Source: Anaeramoeba ignava BMAN (Eukaryota > Protista > Anaeramoebae). From it: 64,000 nt of DNA. The position numbers and the translations under genes are program-made. Shown here piece by piece: positions 62,395 through 64,000 of the stretch. Position 1 is the stretch's first letter; each line of letters starts with the position of its first letter. Where the stretch lies: NCBI GenBank assembly GCA_028826165.1, contig JAPDFW010000092.1, positions 434,001 through 498,000 on the forward strand, written 5' to 3'. The notes under the pieces were generated by a model. That model was not told where the DNA came from. It did not search any database and saw only the letters and a list, made by a program, of their open reading frames with translations.

Positions 62395-64000
62395 AAAATT
62401 AAATCAAAATTAAATCAAAATTAAATCAATTTTAAATCAAATTTAAATCAAATTTAAATCAAAATTTAATCAAATTTAAATCAAAATTAAATCAATTTAA
62501 ATTAAATCTAATTCAATTTTAAATCAAAATTAAATCAAATTTAAATCAATTTTAAATCAAAATTAAATCAAATTTAAATCAAAATTAAATCAAAATTAAA
62601 TTAAAATTAAATCAAAATTAAATCAATTTTAAATCAATTTTAAATCAAATTTAAATCAAATTTAAATCAAAATTAAATCAAAATTAAATCAAATTAAATC
62701 AAAATTAAATCAAAATTAAATCAAAATTAAATCAAAATTAAATCAAAATTAAATCAAAATTAAATCAAATTTAAATCAAAATTAAATCAATATTAAATCA
62801 AATTTAAATCAAAATTAAATCAAATTTAAATCAAAATTAAATCAAATTTAAATCAAAATTAAATCAAAATTAAATCAAATTTAAATCAAATTTTAATCAA
62901 AATTAAATCAAAATTAAATCAATTTTAAATCAAAATTAAATTAAAATTAAATCAATTTTAAATCAAAATTAAATCAAAATTAAATCAAAATTAAATCAAA
63001 TTTAAATCAAATTTAAATCAAAATTAAATCAAAATTAAATCAAAATTAAATCAAATTTAAATCAAATTTAAATCAAAATTAAATCAAATTTAAATCAAAT
63101 TTAAATCAAAATTTAATCAAATTTAAATCAAAATTAAATCAAAATTAAATCAAAATTAAATCAAATTTAAATCAAATTTAAATCAAAATTAAATCAATAT
63201 TAAATCAAAATTAAATCAAATTTAAATCAAATTTAAATCAAAATTAAATCAAAATTTAATCAAATTTAAATCAAAATTAAATCAATATTAAATCAAATTT
63301 AAATCAAAATTAAATCAAAATTAAATCAAAATTAAATTAAAATTAAATCAAAATTAAATCAAATTAAATCAAATTTAAATCAAAATTAAATCAAAATTAA
63401 ATCAATTTTAAATCAAAATTAAATCAAATTTAAATCAAAATTAAATCAAAATTAAATCAAATTTAAATCAAATTTAAATCAATTTTAAATCAATTTTAAA
63501 TCAAAATTAAATCAAAATTAAATCAAATTTAAATCAAAATTAAATCAAATTTAAATCAAAATTAAATCAAATATAAATCAAATTTAAATCAAAATTAAAT
63601 CAAAATTAAATCAAAATTAAATCAAAATTAAATCAAATTTAAATCAAAATTTAAATCAAATTTAAATTAAAATTAAATCAAAATTTAAATCAAAATTTAA
63701 ATCAAATTTAAATTAAAATTAAATCAAAATTTAAATCAAATTTAAATTAAAATTAAATCAAATTTAAATCAAAATTAAATCAATTTTAAATCAATTTTAA
63801 ATCAAAATTAAATCAATATTAAATCAAAATTAAATCAAAATTAAATCAAAATTAAATCAAAATTAAATCAAATTTTAATCAAAATTAAATCAAAATTAAA
63901 TCAAAATTAAATCAAAATTAAATCAAAATTAAATCAAAATTAAATCAAAATTAAATCAAATTTAAATCAAATTTAAATTAAAATTTAATCAATTTTAATC
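62395..64000. repeat. 11-bp minisatellite (AAATCAAAATT)n, intronic, runs off the window
   Basis: Directly visible after the GT donor at 62381. Confidence 0.95.

Overview
Very AT-rich, intron-containing eukaryotic DNA. The gene set points to an anaerobic protist with hydrogenosome-type organelles: HydE and NFS1 carry N-terminal targeting-like leaders, alongside BTB-BACK-TLDc paralogues and VPS9/CUE/ZW10 trafficking genes. This resembles Anaeramoeba-like metamonads, which is an inference. The window holds about 20 protein genes: two BTB-TLDc copies, a divergent actin, CLN5-like, a low-complexity protein, HydE, S1/P1 nuclease, a 3-exon Alba gene of which the ORF track shows only exon 1, RPS7, eIF1A, an unknown ~1.4k-aa protein, ZW10, a DOCK GEF, an MDH-like protein, Nup133, CUE, NFS1, VPS9, Furry/TAO3-like and a possible K+ channel first exon. 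Many genes have single-base frameshifts at homopolymers, probably long-read errors. Larger introns and many intergenic spaces are filled with 6-12 bp tandem repeats. The standout is a 2.2-kb Crypton-type (DUF3504-like) tyrosine-recombinase element at 38324-40558, inserted in a 12-bp satellite between TTAT direct repeats. It has no reverse transcriptase. It carries a DIRS-like internal region complementary to its own joined ends, a ~195-nt T-shaped terminal hairpin with two identical GNA-triloop ears whose mismatches favour folding of the bottom strand, and two 114-bp direct repeats upstream of the ORF. Together these suggest recombination via a folded single-stranded circle.
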